A DNA stretch of 64,000 nt, from the IMG/VR virus record IMGVR_UViG_3300033463_006479, positions 1 to 64,000 of that record; one strand, written 5' to 3'. Below, in pieces: positions 39,352-48,496 of the stretch. The stretch comes from a virus. Lineage: Duplodnaviria > Caudoviricetes. The translations under genes and the position numbers were made by a program. Below the pieces are notes generated by a model that saw nothing but the letters and a program-made list of their open reading frames with translations, had not been told where the DNA came from and did not search any database. How positions within the stretch are numbered: position 1 is the first letter of the stretch; each line of letters opens with the position of its first letter.

Positions 39352-40127
39352 AGCGGTTTCCAAATGTTTAAATTGAATTTGTCTTTCATAAAGTCGGAGA
39401 ATTTAAGACAGACTTTCGTTCCAATGCTGTCATTGGCGATATAATAAAGATGCCCGTCATCGTTCACGTCCCAATCCACTGCGAAATACAATATTTCATT
39501 TCCTTTCAAGTCGGTGTTTATATGGTATTTTTTGTTTGCGTAGTTCTGGTATTTTGGAAGAAGCAGGTCTTTTCTTATATATGCCGTGAAATGCTTTATT
39601 TTCTTTTTTATATATTCTTCAAGTTCTTTGATTTCAGAATCGTCAAACAGAAATACTTCAGTATGTGATTTTGCATCATCCCAACCTTTTTGTATCATTT
39701 CAAACCCAATCTTCGGTAAAATCTTGATGAGGTTTGTCTTTTTGTCAAGCCCCATTATTTCGCCGTGGTTTGACAGAACACCAAGTGCGGAGTCGTATGT
39801 GCTTTTGTCTGCTATGTCCTTCACCCAGTCATAAACTGTAACTGTGCTCATCAAATACTTTTCATAAAAAAGAAAGGGTATTGTGTTGGTGCTTGTATAT
39901 CGTATGCAGTATTTGTATTTCTCAAAATTCGGTTTTCTCCAGTATCTTTGCGCAAACAGCGTGTATGCCAGAGTGTATATGGTTTCCTCCATTGTGGTAG
40001 GGCACGTCTTGTAGTTGTCCGCATTGTAGAACTCCCTATACTTCCTTATGTCGGTAAGGCGTGCCCTTGTTATCGGCTTGATGTCCAGTTTCTCGTTTAT
40101 GTATCGGTTTGAATCAAGTATTCTCAT
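39348..40127 (-). CDS. Tagged CPxT..ET-domain protein
   Basis: Contains CPTTMEETIYTLAYTLF. First gene of the minus-strand array. Confidence 0.75.
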   Translation of the reverse strand: MRILDSNRYINEKLDIKPITRARLTDIRKYREFYNADNYKTCPTTMEETIYTLAYTLFAQRYWRKPNFEKYKYCIRYTSTNTIPFLFYEKYLMSTVTVYDWVKDIADKSTYDSALGVLSNHGEIMGLDKKTNLIKILPKIGFEMIQKGWDDAKSHTEVFLFDDSEIKELEEYIKKKIKHFTAYIRKDLLLPKYQNYANKKYHINTDLKGNEILYFAVDWDVNDDGHLYYIANDSIGTKVCLKFSDFMKDKFNLNIWKPL

Positions 40128-40146
40128 AAGCATAATTGTTCACCTA

Positions 40147-40158
40147 TATTTATAAATA
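40147..40158. promoter_or_regulatory. Overlapping divergent late promoters (palindromic TATTTATAAATA)
   Basis: TATAAATA on + (40151-40158) and on - (40147-40154), between divergent genes. Confidence 0.7.
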
Positions 40159-40198
40159 GGATGTGGCTGTTTAATCAATTTTTTTATTATATTATTGT

Positions 40199-42178
40199 AT
40201 GAAATTGCGTGAGATAGACATATCCGACAAACAGCAGGTGCTTGGTTTTTTTGTGTCAGAGCCAAACCCAGACAAGAACGGCAGAATGAAACGTGAGGAA
40301 ACATTCGCAAGGCTGTTTCCAGAACTTTATTCCGAGTTCAAGGTTTTTGTTTTTTCTGCTGACTTGGCCACCTCAACATTCGTTCAAAGGTTATGGCATT
40401 TCTTGCATAATGATAACGGAAATCTTGGCATTTGTCCAGTGTGCGGAAAACGCACGAAGTTTCAGTCGTTCACACTCGGATACCTTACATATTGCTCGTC
40501 AAAATGCGCCAATGCTTGTAATGACAAAAAAGATAAAGTTGCAAAATCGTGGATTGACAGATACGGGGGTGTGGGCTATGCTTCAGATAAAACGCAAGAA
40601 AAAATAAAGGCCACAATGCTTGAACGATATGGCGTTGAGTATTCGTCACAGAATGAAGCCATAAAACAGAAAATCATTGATTCGGAAACAAGAAATTTTG
40701 GCGGTGTCGGATTCGCATCCAAAAAGATTACAGACAAGTTCAAAGGCACTATGCTTGAACGATACGGAGTTGAATGGGCTTCGCAATCCGATGAGGTTAC
40801 GGAACGCAAGCGTATGAAAAAGATTTCTGGCAGCGACAATATTATAAGGATAACCGATGAGACGTTTGTTCTGAAATGCACAAATCCAGAATGTGAACTG
40901 TGCCAAGACAAACAATTTGAAATAAGCAGGAAAACATATCTGGCAAGGTTATCAAGAGGCAATGAACTGTGCACCATATTGAATCCGACAAAGACCATAG
41001 GCAAAGGGACAAGCGATTCCGAACAAAGTCTGTTCAAGTTCATCAAATCCATATATGGCGGAAAAATAATACAGAACGACAGAACCGCACTTGACGGAAT
41101 GGAGATTGACATATACCTGCCAGAGATAAATCTCGGTTTTGAGTTCAATGGGGATTACTGGCATCTGAATCCAAGAATATATGGTATGGATGATTGTGTG
41201 TTTGACCGAAACGCAAAGGATGTGTGGGAACGCATTATGCGAAAAGAATATGCGGCCAACAAGAAAGGCATAACTCTTGTTGAGGTGTGGGAAAATGACT
41301 GGTCTGGAAAATGCGATGAGGTGAAATCGCATATTTCAGATTTTGTGTCATATCCGACATTCAGTCCATCACCATATTATATATTGAAGGAGTTCCTTGA
41401 TTCTCTGCCAGCCAGATATGATGAATCGGAGTTCGGGCATTTTTCGTTCAAAGAGGCCGACATTATATATTCAAACGCATTTTACTTTAACAAAGGCACA
41501 GTACATTCGCACATAAAGTCGGAACAAGAAAAACGTACAATATATGTGTATGACTTTGAGATTAAGGACAATCGAAAATTTGATATTCTGAAAAGTCTCA
41601 TAGGGCACGCACTCGGACTGACGGAAAACAAGATATTTGCAAGAAAGTGCGAATTGAGGGAAATCACAAACACGGAATCCAGAAAGTTCCTTGATGAGAA
41701 CTCTTTGTTCGGGCATAGGGATGCCAATGTGGTGCTTGGCCTTTTTCATAATGGCGAGCTTGTTATGGTTTATAGTTTCGGCCACAACTATTATGGACGG
41801 AAAGACCATATAGAGATTATACGTGTCTGCACAAAGAAGAACACGGTTGTTGTTGGCGGTTCGTCAAAATGCTTGAAATACTTTATGGAGAAATATGGCG
41901 GTGATATCGGTTGCCGCAAAATCATATTCTATGTGGATAGAATACACAATGACGGAAAATCGCTAAAAGGATTCAAATTCTTGAAGCACGAATACGGTGT
42001 TATGAACTACTGGCTGGAAGATTATGTCGGGGATGGGTTTGTCGGTATGGCTGGCACTGCATTCAACAGAATGCCGTCAAAGCACGAAATTATCAAAAAA
42101 CTGACAAAACTCGGAAAAATCGTTCCGATTGAAACTCTTGGCGTTGATGTGTACGAATACGCAAAACCAACAGAGTAA
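40199..42178 (+). CDS. Free-standing homing-endonuclease-like protein (Zn finger, ERYGVE repeats, Vsr-like PD-(D/E)xK, Hef-like C-terminus)
   Basis: CPVCG..YCSSKC, two TMLERYGVE repeats, EIDIYLPEINLGFEFNGDYWH, KIFARKCELREI...VVGGSSK. Confidence 0.75.
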   Translation: MKLREIDISDKQQVLGFFVSEPNPDKNGRMKREETFARLFPELYSEFKVFVFSADLATSTFVQRLWHFLHNDNGNLGICPVCGKRTKFQSFTLGYLTYCSSKCANACNDKKDKVAKSWIDRYGGVGYASDKTQEKIKATMLERYGVEYSSQNEAIKQKIIDSETRNFGGVGFASKKITDKFKGTMLERYGVEWASQSDEVTERKRMKKISGSDNIIRITDETFVLKCTNPECELCQDKQFEISRKTYLARLSRGNELCTILNPTKTIGKGTSDSEQSLFKFIKSIYGGKIIQNDRTALDGMEIDIYLPEINLGFEFNGDYWHLNPRIYGMDDCVFDRNAKDVWERIMRKEYAANKKGITLVEVWENDWSGKCDEVKSHISDFVSYPTFSPSPYYILKEFLDSLPARYDESEFGHFSFKEADIIYSNAFYFNKGTVHSHIKSEQEKRTIYVYDFEIKDNRKFDILKSLIGHALGLTENKIFARKCELREITNTESRKFLDENSLFGHRDANVVLGLFHNGELVMVYSFGHNYYGRKDHIEIIRVCTKKNTVVVGGSSKCLKYFMEKYGGDIGCRKIIFYVDRIHNDGKSLKGFKFLKHEYGVMNYWLEDYVGDGFVGMAGTAFNRMPSKHEIIKKLTKLGKIVPIETLGVDVYEYAKPTE

Positions 42179-42259
42179 AATCACAAACATTTAATTTACA
42201 ACAATTTACACATTGTTTTTGACTTTTTGCGGATTTTGAAAAATCCGTAAAAACGCTGT

Positions 42260-42267
42260 TATAAATA
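42260..42267 (+). promoter_or_regulatory. Late promoter of the major capsid gene
   Basis: TATAAATA preceded by a hairpin at about 42224-42252. Confidence 0.75.
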
Positions 42268-42366
42268 TATTAAGCGAAAAACGCTTCAAAACACAAATAG
42301 TCTGTTAAGTTATAGAAGAAAAGAACTTTCATCGACTGTGTTTATTCAAAAATATTTTTAACAACA

Positions 42367-44169
42367 ATGTATTACAATTCTATTAATGAATCACAAGTTC
42401 TCAACACTTGGGGACAGCACATTAAGGAGAGTTTGGGCATTAACGATGAAAGCAAGTTGGCTTGGATGTCAAAATATGCTTATATGCACGATTTGCACGA
42501 CAAACAAATGTTGAACGAATCCGTGGACGGACACGCTCACCTCAACCCTAATATGACAATCGGCGGAATGGGTCAAATCACATTCCCAGGCGCAACAACC
42601 AACAACACTTACGACCGCTCTTTGGCTGGTTCTGGTGACAATGTTTACAGCGTGCTTCCTTTGGCACTGCAAGTAGCAGCACAGACCATCGCCCTTGACC
42701 TCGTTCCCGTTGTTCCTATGCAGGGACCTCACGGCCTTTTGCAGTACCTCGACTATGTTTACGAAGGTGGCCGTCTGCACAACCAAGGTGGCAGCAAGTA
42801 CACTTCCGAAATCAAGAGCGATGTAATGGGTAACTTCGCATCTCCTTATATGATTAAGGCTATGCTCTTTGACGTTACCGAAGGCGAAGGCAGCGATGCT
42901 CCAAAGCATATGTTTGCTCCTAACGCAAAATACGCCATCAAAGGTCTTGAAGACGATTACGATTTGACTTTCATCTATCCTAACCGTATTGATGGTAAAC
43001 CTTTGTTCCGTGTGATTGAAAAATCCCACTACAATGGCGGACAGAAAATGGTTGGCGGTGAAAACGCTGGTGTTCCTATCTACGTTATCTTCGAAAACCT
43101 CAAAACCACTGAAAACCCAAACGGCAAATACGAACTCGTAGCCCTCGGAACTGGTTCTGACAGCAAAACTCTTACTATCCGCAAATCTGAAGGTTTGCAG
43201 GAAGTTCGTGCTTTTGAAGACCACATCACCTCTTTCAGCGGCGAAGGTTTCTTGAAAGACACCGTTACCTCAAACAATCCTTATACAAGGGAAATGGGCG
43301 AGGCTACTCCTGGCCGTAAGATTGGTTTGAAATCTTACACTCTGGATGTTAAAGCCACCACTTTCCAAGTTGACAGCGCAATCACCCGTGAACAAGTCCA
43401 AGACTTGAAACAGTTTGGTATTGACGCAGTTGCTCAAGCTGAAGCCGCATTGGTTAATGAACTTACCCAATGTATCAACAAGGTCATCCTTGAAAAGATG
43501 TTCAACCTTGGTGCTTTGAACGCTAAACAACTTGAGGAAGTTGAAGGCCGCAACCAAGTTTCCGCTTGGTTCACCAACGGAACTGGTTCTACCCCGACTA
43601 CCAAAATCTGGTTGGGCGACCAAATCAACAAAGAAGGCGAACTGGAAGACAAATATTTCACCGAAGTTCCTTTCACTAACGTGACTGGTGGTGGTGAAGT
43701 TATGGGTACTATCCAAAGACGTGTGATGACCAAAATCATCGCTGCTTCCAACATCATCGCTGTTCGTGGCCGTAGGGGTGCTGGTACTTTCGCTGTCGTA
43801 AGCGGAACTATCGGAACTGCTCTCCAAGACTGCGCTGGTTTCGTTCCTTATCCGTTGAGCAACACAATCTCCGCTAACGGTAACAGCCTTTATCCTATCG
43901 GTGCTCTCGCTGGTATCAGCATTTATGTTGACCCGAATATGGCATTCAACGACACACGTGTTTGCGTTGGTCGTAAGGGTAAAGAGAACGAACCTGGTAT
44001 CGTGTTTATGCCTTATTTGATGGCTGACAAAGTGGAAACCACTTCAGAGTTCACGATGGCTCCTGTCATCAGTCTGAAGAGCCGCTTCGCAGTTGTTGAA
44101 GCAGGTATCTACCCGCAGACCCAGTATTATACCTTCGGTATTAAACTGGAAGGCGTTAGCCTTGTGTAA
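42367..44169 (+). CDS. Major capsid protein, T4 gp23-like
   Basis: VPVVPMQGPHGLLQYLDYVY, TREQVQDLK, IYVDP and VGRKG...GIVFMPY. Strong codon bias. N-terminal INE/LNE sites. Confidence 0.9.
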   Translation: MYYNSINESQVLNTWGQHIKESLGINDESKLAWMSKYAYMHDLHDKQMLNESVDGHAHLNPNMTIGGMGQITFPGATTNNTYDRSLAGSGDNVYSVLPLALQVAAQTIALDLVPVVPMQGPHGLLQYLDYVYEGGRLHNQGGSKYTSEIKSDVMGNFASPYMIKAMLFDVTEGEGSDAPKHMFAPNAKYAIKGLEDDYDLTFIYPNRIDGKPLFRVIEKSHYNGGQKMVGGENAGVPIYVIFENLKTTENPNGKYELVALGTGSDSKTLTIRKSEGLQEVRAFEDHITSFSGEGFLKDTVTSNNPYTREMGEATPGRKIGLKSYTLDVKATTFQVDSAITREQVQDLKQFGIDAVAQAEAALVNELTQCINKVILEKMFNLGALNAKQLEEVEGRNQVSAWFTNGTGSTPTTKIWLGDQINKEGELEDKYFTEVPFTNVTGGGEVMGTIQRRVMTKIIAASNIIAVRGRRGAGTFAVVSGTIGTALQDCAGFVPYPLSNTISANGNSLYPIGALAGISIYVDPNMAFNDTRVCVGRKGKENEPGIVFMPYLMADKVETTSEFTMAPVISLKSRFAVVEAGIYPQTQYYTFGIKLEGVSLV

Positions 44170-44188
44170 CCTTTAATTAGGTTTCAAT

Positions 44189-44222
44189 AAAAAAAGGAGT
44201 TGAGCAATCAACTCCTTTTTTG
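44189..44222 (+). terminator. Intrinsic terminator after the capsid gene
   Basis: aaaaaggagttga-gcaa-tcaactccttttt. Confidence 0.85.
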
Positions 44223-44225
44223 TTT

Positions 44226-44233
44226 TATAAATA
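44226..44233 (+). promoter_or_regulatory. Late promoter TATAAATA
   Basis: Lies 18 nt upstream of the ATG at 44252. Confidence 0.7.
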
Positions 44234-44251
44234 TAGTAACAATTTGTGAAT

Positions 44252-44800
44252 ATGCAAATACTCAAATCTGAAAGTTATATAAGCGAGAAACTCGGTATTA
44301 AACCAGTTACAAAAACAAGGCTGATTGACATAAAGGAAAGTTTTGTTATTGCAACCGACCGTAATATAGAAGATATTTTGAGTAAAGCCATAGAAAAATA
44401 CGGAAACAATGCCGATTTGAATTTCATATTGACACATAAAGTTACTGATATGCATAGTTTGTTCACATATGAATCTGAATTTAATGGCGACATTTCAAAA
44501 TGGGATGTAGGCAACGTGACAAATATGAGTTATATGTTTCGCAGAAGCAAATTCAATGGCGACATTTCCAAATGGGATGTGTCAAATGTGACTTCTATGT
44601 ATGCTATGTTTTGCCAATCAAAATTCAATGGTGATATTTCCAAGTGGAATGTTTCAAATGTTATTGATATGGAACATATGTTTTTTATGTCAGAATTTAA
44701 TGGAAACATATCAGAGTGGAATGTAAACAAATATGCCATTATGAATGAAACGTTTTACAAATCTCCACTTGAAAAAAATCCGCCAGCTTGGTACAAATAA
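44252..44800 (+). CDS. Tagged DUF285 repeat protein
   Basis: MQILKSESYISEKLGIKPVTKTRL. Confidence 0.85.
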   Translation: MQILKSESYISEKLGIKPVTKTRLIDIKESFVIATDRNIEDILSKAIEKYGNNADLNFILTHKVTDMHSLFTYESEFNGDISKWDVGNVTNMSYMFRRSKFNGDISKWDVSNVTSMYAMFCQSKFNGDISKWNVSNVIDMEHMFFMSEFNGNISEWNVNKYAIMNETFYKSPLEKNPPAWYK

Positions 44801-44809
44801 TAACTTACT

Positions 44810-45280
44810 ATGAAAATACTAAAATCAGAAAACTATATTTTAGAGAAATTGAGCATACGACCAGTCACCAAGGATATGCTTGCTGGCGTGCCAAAATATA
44901 AAATGTTCAAAACGCCTTATGATATGAAACAGAATTTCAAAACTGGCGACATTGCGATTTTTTCATCTCATATGGGCAATGAATCTGCAATGTTTGTGTC
45001 GTATGATGATTATATGTCAGACAAGTATTCGTTTATTAGAGACGGTTTGCCGCAAAACAAACACGCATTCCCAAATGGCATATTCGTAACAAAGCACTAT
45101 GGTGTTTTGGCGTTGTATTGTTGTCTTTCTGACTGCGATGACAATCTCATTTGTAGCAATTATGAGATAACGAAAGTTTACAGAAGACATAATATGACAA
45201 AACCATTTAAAAAGAGCGATTTTTTAGACCATAATTATGACAATACAACTTTGATATACGAAACAGACTACGAAGAATAA
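44810..45280 (+). CDS. Tagged TGD-domain protein
   Basis: YILEKLSIRPVTK, FKTGDIA and FVSYDD. Confidence 0.75.
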   Translation: MKILKSENYILEKLSIRPVTKDMLAGVPKYKMFKTPYDMKQNFKTGDIAIFSSHMGNESAMFVSYDDYMSDKYSFIRDGLPQNKHAFPNGIFVTKHYGVLALYCCLSDCDDNLICSNYEITKVYRRHNMTKPFKKSDFLDHNYDNTTLIYETDYEE

Positions 45281-45285
45281 TAGTT

Positions 45286-45831
45286 ATGAAAATACTAAAA
45301 TCAGATAAATACATAAACGAGAAACTCGGCATCAAACCAGTTACAAAAACAAGGCTGATTGACATAAAGGAAACATCTGTCGTGGCTACAGATGACACAT
45401 TGCTTGGCATTATTTTTGATGCCATAGAAACATATGGTTATGAAGGTGACTTCAACTTTATACAGACATATAAAGTTACCAGTATGAGCAACTTGTTTGA
45501 ATCTTCGGAGTTTAACGGGGACATTTCAAAATGGGATGTCAGCAACGTGACCAATATGAGCGAAATGTTTGAGGATTCAAAATTCAATAGGGACATTTCA
45601 AAATGGGATGTTTCCAATGTGCGTTTTATGGACTATATGTTCCAAGGGTCTGCATTTAACGGAGACATATCAAGATGGAATGTGTGTAATGTGAAAGATA
45701 TGAGTTATATGTTCACCGATTCAAATTTCAATGGGGATTTGACCTTGTGGAATGTGGGTAAAGATGTTCCTAAAGAATATATGTTTAGCCATTGCCCGCT
45801 TGGAAAAAATCCGCCAGCTTGGTACAAATAA
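45286..45831 (+). CDS. Tagged DUF285 repeat protein
   Basis: Paralog of 44252-44800. Confidence 0.85.
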   Translation: MKILKSDKYINEKLGIKPVTKTRLIDIKETSVVATDDTLLGIIFDAIETYGYEGDFNFIQTYKVTSMSNLFESSEFNGDISKWDVSNVTNMSEMFEDSKFNRDISKWDVSNVRFMDYMFQGSAFNGDISRWNVCNVKDMSYMFTDSNFNGDLTLWNVGKDVPKEYMFSHCPLGKNPPAWYK

Positions 45832-45840
45832 TAACTTGCT

Positions 45841-46440
45841 ATGAAAATATACAAATCCGAAAATTATATAAGCGAAAAACTCGGCATTAAGCCAATATCA
45901 AAAACAAGACTTGGCAAAATTCTGTATGTTGATACGTATAAAAGCGCAGCCGATATGCGTAGCAATCTTCAAACTGGCGATATTGTTGTGATTGGAAATG
46001 AAGATGAAAACATACAAGGGACATACATATCATACAATGATATAAAAAGCGGCGTGTATGATAGTTACTTTCATTTCATAAAAAGAATTTCTGAACTGCC
46101 AAACAGCGAAATTGCTGAAGGCTTGTTTGTTTTTTGGGAGAAAGAGGGGTTTTATACAAAAATTTCAGTACAAGAATTTGATGCTGACCTTAAAAAATAT
46201 AATACATTCAGAATTATGTATGTTTATAGGTTGCCTCTGCTTTTACAAAAACCATTACCAGAAGAGTTCTTTAAAACCAACCATATTCCGAAAGCAAAAC
46301 TGATTTGGAGTTACAACGGAAAATCGGTTAATGAGAAACTTGACATACAGCCAGTTACGAGGGAACGTCTTGGCGACATAAAAGACGGAATGTATGTTAT
46401 AACTGGATGTGTTGTTGAGTGGGATAACAACAGAAGTTGA
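45841..46440 (+). CDS. Tagged TGD-domain protein whose second module is interrupted by a TnpB element
   Basis: Internal tag SVNEKLDIQPVTRERL. The frame resumes at 48273-48431 (GFRDATEKEFDD...). Confidence 0.75.
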   Translation: MKIYKSENYISEKLGIKPISKTRLGKILYVDTYKSAADMRSNLQTGDIVVIGNEDENIQGTYISYNDIKSGVYDSYFHFIKRISELPNSEIAEGLFVFWEKEGFYTKISVQEFDADLKKYNTFRIMYVYRLPLLLQKPLPEEFFKTNHIPKAKLIWSYNGKSVNEKLDIQPVTRERLGDIKDGMYVITGCVVEWDNNRS

Positions 46441-46525
46441 TAAACCTATTCAAAAGTAGTCAAAAATGTTCAAAAGTAACCCGTATAAATATATAAAGTT
46501 CGTGATATTTATTATTAGAATGTTG

Positions 46526-46620
46526 GTGGCACGGCATTCTGAATCAATAGAGATATATTAGAGGTCTTAACCTTGTTGACTCGTGCCACATTAAGTCGCA
46601 AAGTTATCACCTCTTTTTTT
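46526..46620 (+). ncRNA. Structured 5' leader (hairpin plus loop pseudoknot) upstream of tnpB
   Basis: Stem at 46560-46614 followed by a T-run. Loop CGTGCCAC is complementary to GTGGCACG at 46526. Confidence 0.5.
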
Positions 46621-46628
46621 ATTGGAAT

Positions 46629-48266
46629 ATGGTCATCGAGAGCAAATACACGAAAACCTTCAAGTCAAACGACTTAACCCGTCAGAAATATGACGAGTTG
46701 TATGCGTTTGCACTTATGCTACGTGACCATAAAAACCTTGTTTCCGAAAATGTGAACTCAAACCTTGAAAAGTACCTTGAATATTCCAAACTTGACTTCT
46801 TGAAGGAGATGAGGGCAAGATACAAGGATGTCATTCCAAGTTCGTTTTATTATGAGTTGTATTCACAAGTCTTTGCTTGCTACCAGAATAAGTTTGAAGC
46901 AATCCGCAAGCATCTTGACTTTGAAGTTGTAAGATTTGTCGGTTTTGACTTCTACAAGCGTGACACCAAGAAGAACAAGAAAGGAGACTTGAAGAAGGTT
47001 GTGACAGAGAAGAACAAAACACCTCTGTCAATTTGTCTGACCTACCTTGCGAGATATGGAAACGAGAACACACTTGAATACATAGCCAAGCAGTTAGAGA
47101 CCTGCGATGACAAGAAACGTGACTTCTACAACAATATCATCCGTTGCTGTGACAAGTTCGGTTTTGAACGTCTGCTTGGACTTGCTTTGCGGAAACGTAA
47201 CAGAATCATCAAGCGTTATTCAGAGCATCCGATAGGGTTCAAATCGCTTTCATTTGGCGGTCGTTGCAGGAAAACGAGAATCATTGACTACAACAAGAAG
47301 TTCGGTTCGGTCATCAACTCCTTTGTCAGTCTGTCGGGAATCGGGAGGAAGTCGTTTGACATTCCAGTGAAGTTCAACAAGGACTGGCACGGAAGTATGA
47401 AGGACTACCGCAAATCCAACCCCGACTACGAGTATGTCCTTACGTTTAACGAGAAACGACATCAAGTGAACATCAACTTGTGCAAGGACGGTCAGAGATA
47501 CATCCCAGAAGCAGGAGACAACGTGGTCGGCATTGACGTGAACTGTAAACACAATCTTTTCAGTCTGTCAAACGATACAAGTTATGATTATAACCGCAAG
47601 TTAGTCAATGACTTCTGCAAACTCTCGTTGGAGGTTGACGAACTGAAGAAAGACAAGAACTATGTTGTAGGAAAAAGAAAAAAGCGGAAACTTGACACCT
47701 TGAAGATGAAGATGCTGAAATCAGAGCAGCAACTCATATCAAGGATGTGCAAAGAACTTATGGCTGACGGAGTGAACCACATTGTTATGGAAGACCTTGA
47801 CAACGGATTCGGAAGGTGCTATGTCAAGGACAAGGGCAACGAGGATATAAACTACAACCGAAAGGTGAAGTTCCTTGGATTGAGTTCACTGAAAGATGAG
47901 GTTGAACACATTGCAAGGAAGTACGGCATCGCTTTGTCAACCGTGCAAGCGAGTTACACAAGCAAGATGTGCCCGATTTGCGGTTGCATTGCAGACGAGA
48001 ACCGACCTAACCAAGAGACATTTGAATGCGTTGAATGCGGACATAAGGACAATGCCGACCACAACGCATCGGTCAATATAAAGAACAGAGTGACCGTAAC
48101 CGTGTTGCGGGAGCAACTCTTAAAACGACTTGGCAACGGCGCATACGAACCTCGCAAATTAAAGCGAGAGAAGGTGAAGTATGTGCTGCTGTCGTTCCGA
48201 AGAGACTTGCAGAAAGCAAGTGGTGAACGTGGTGAAAGTGATATGACTACTTTTGACTATGTTTAG
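46629..48266 (+). CDS. tnpB: Large (545 aa) TnpB-family RNA-guided nuclease
   Basis: RuvC motifs GIDVN / MEDL / ADHNAS and Zn finger CPICG..CVECG. Confidence 0.85.
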   Translation: MVIESKYTKTFKSNDLTRQKYDELYAFALMLRDHKNLVSENVNSNLEKYLEYSKLDFLKEMRARYKDVIPSSFYYELYSQVFACYQNKFEAIRKHLDFEVVRFVGFDFYKRDTKKNKKGDLKKVVTEKNKTPLSICLTYLARYGNENTLEYIAKQLETCDDKKRDFYNNIIRCCDKFGFERLLGLALRKRNRIIKRYSEHPIGFKSLSFGGRCRKTRIIDYNKKFGSVINSFVSLSGIGRKSFDIPVKFNKDWHGSMKDYRKSNPDYEYVLTFNEKRHQVNINLCKDGQRYIPEAGDNVVGIDVNCKHNLFSLSNDTSYDYNRKLVNDFCKLSLEVDELKKDKNYVVGKRKKRKLDTLKMKMLKSEQQLISRMCKELMADGVNHIVMEDLDNGFGRCYVKDKGNEDINYNRKVKFLGLSSLKDEVEHIARKYGIALSTVQASYTSKMCPICGCIADENRPNQETFECVECGHKDNADHNASVNIKNRVTVTVLREQLLKRLGNGAYEPRKLKREKVKYVLLSFRRDLQKASGERGESDMTTFDYV

Positions 48267-48436
48267 TTCTTCGGATTTAGAGATGCTACAGAAAAAGAAT
48301 TTGATGATTTCTTTGATGGAAAACGCACACTAACAAATGTGTGCTATTATGTTGATATAACCAAAGGCGGTATGCGTGAAAATTTAAGCAGTGAAATGAA
48401 GCAACTGCGTAAGAAATACAATAGCATTTAATAAGC

Positions 48437-48469
48437 AAAAACGCCATTCGCTCTACAAGTGAATGGCGT
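48437..48469. terminator. Intrinsic terminator between convergent units
   Basis: acgccattc...gaatggcgt stem. Confidence 0.6.
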
Positions 48470-48496
48470 GTATAATATCACTATATTCCACACTCT

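Larger units (their letters stand above)
46432..48272 (+). mobile_element. TnpB-only element, type 2, with imperfect terminal inverted repeats
   Basis: Left gaag..taaacctattcaaaagtagtc versus right gactacttttgactatgtttagttcttc. Short TCAAAA repeats at the left end. Removal restores the host ORF frame. Confidence 0.75.
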
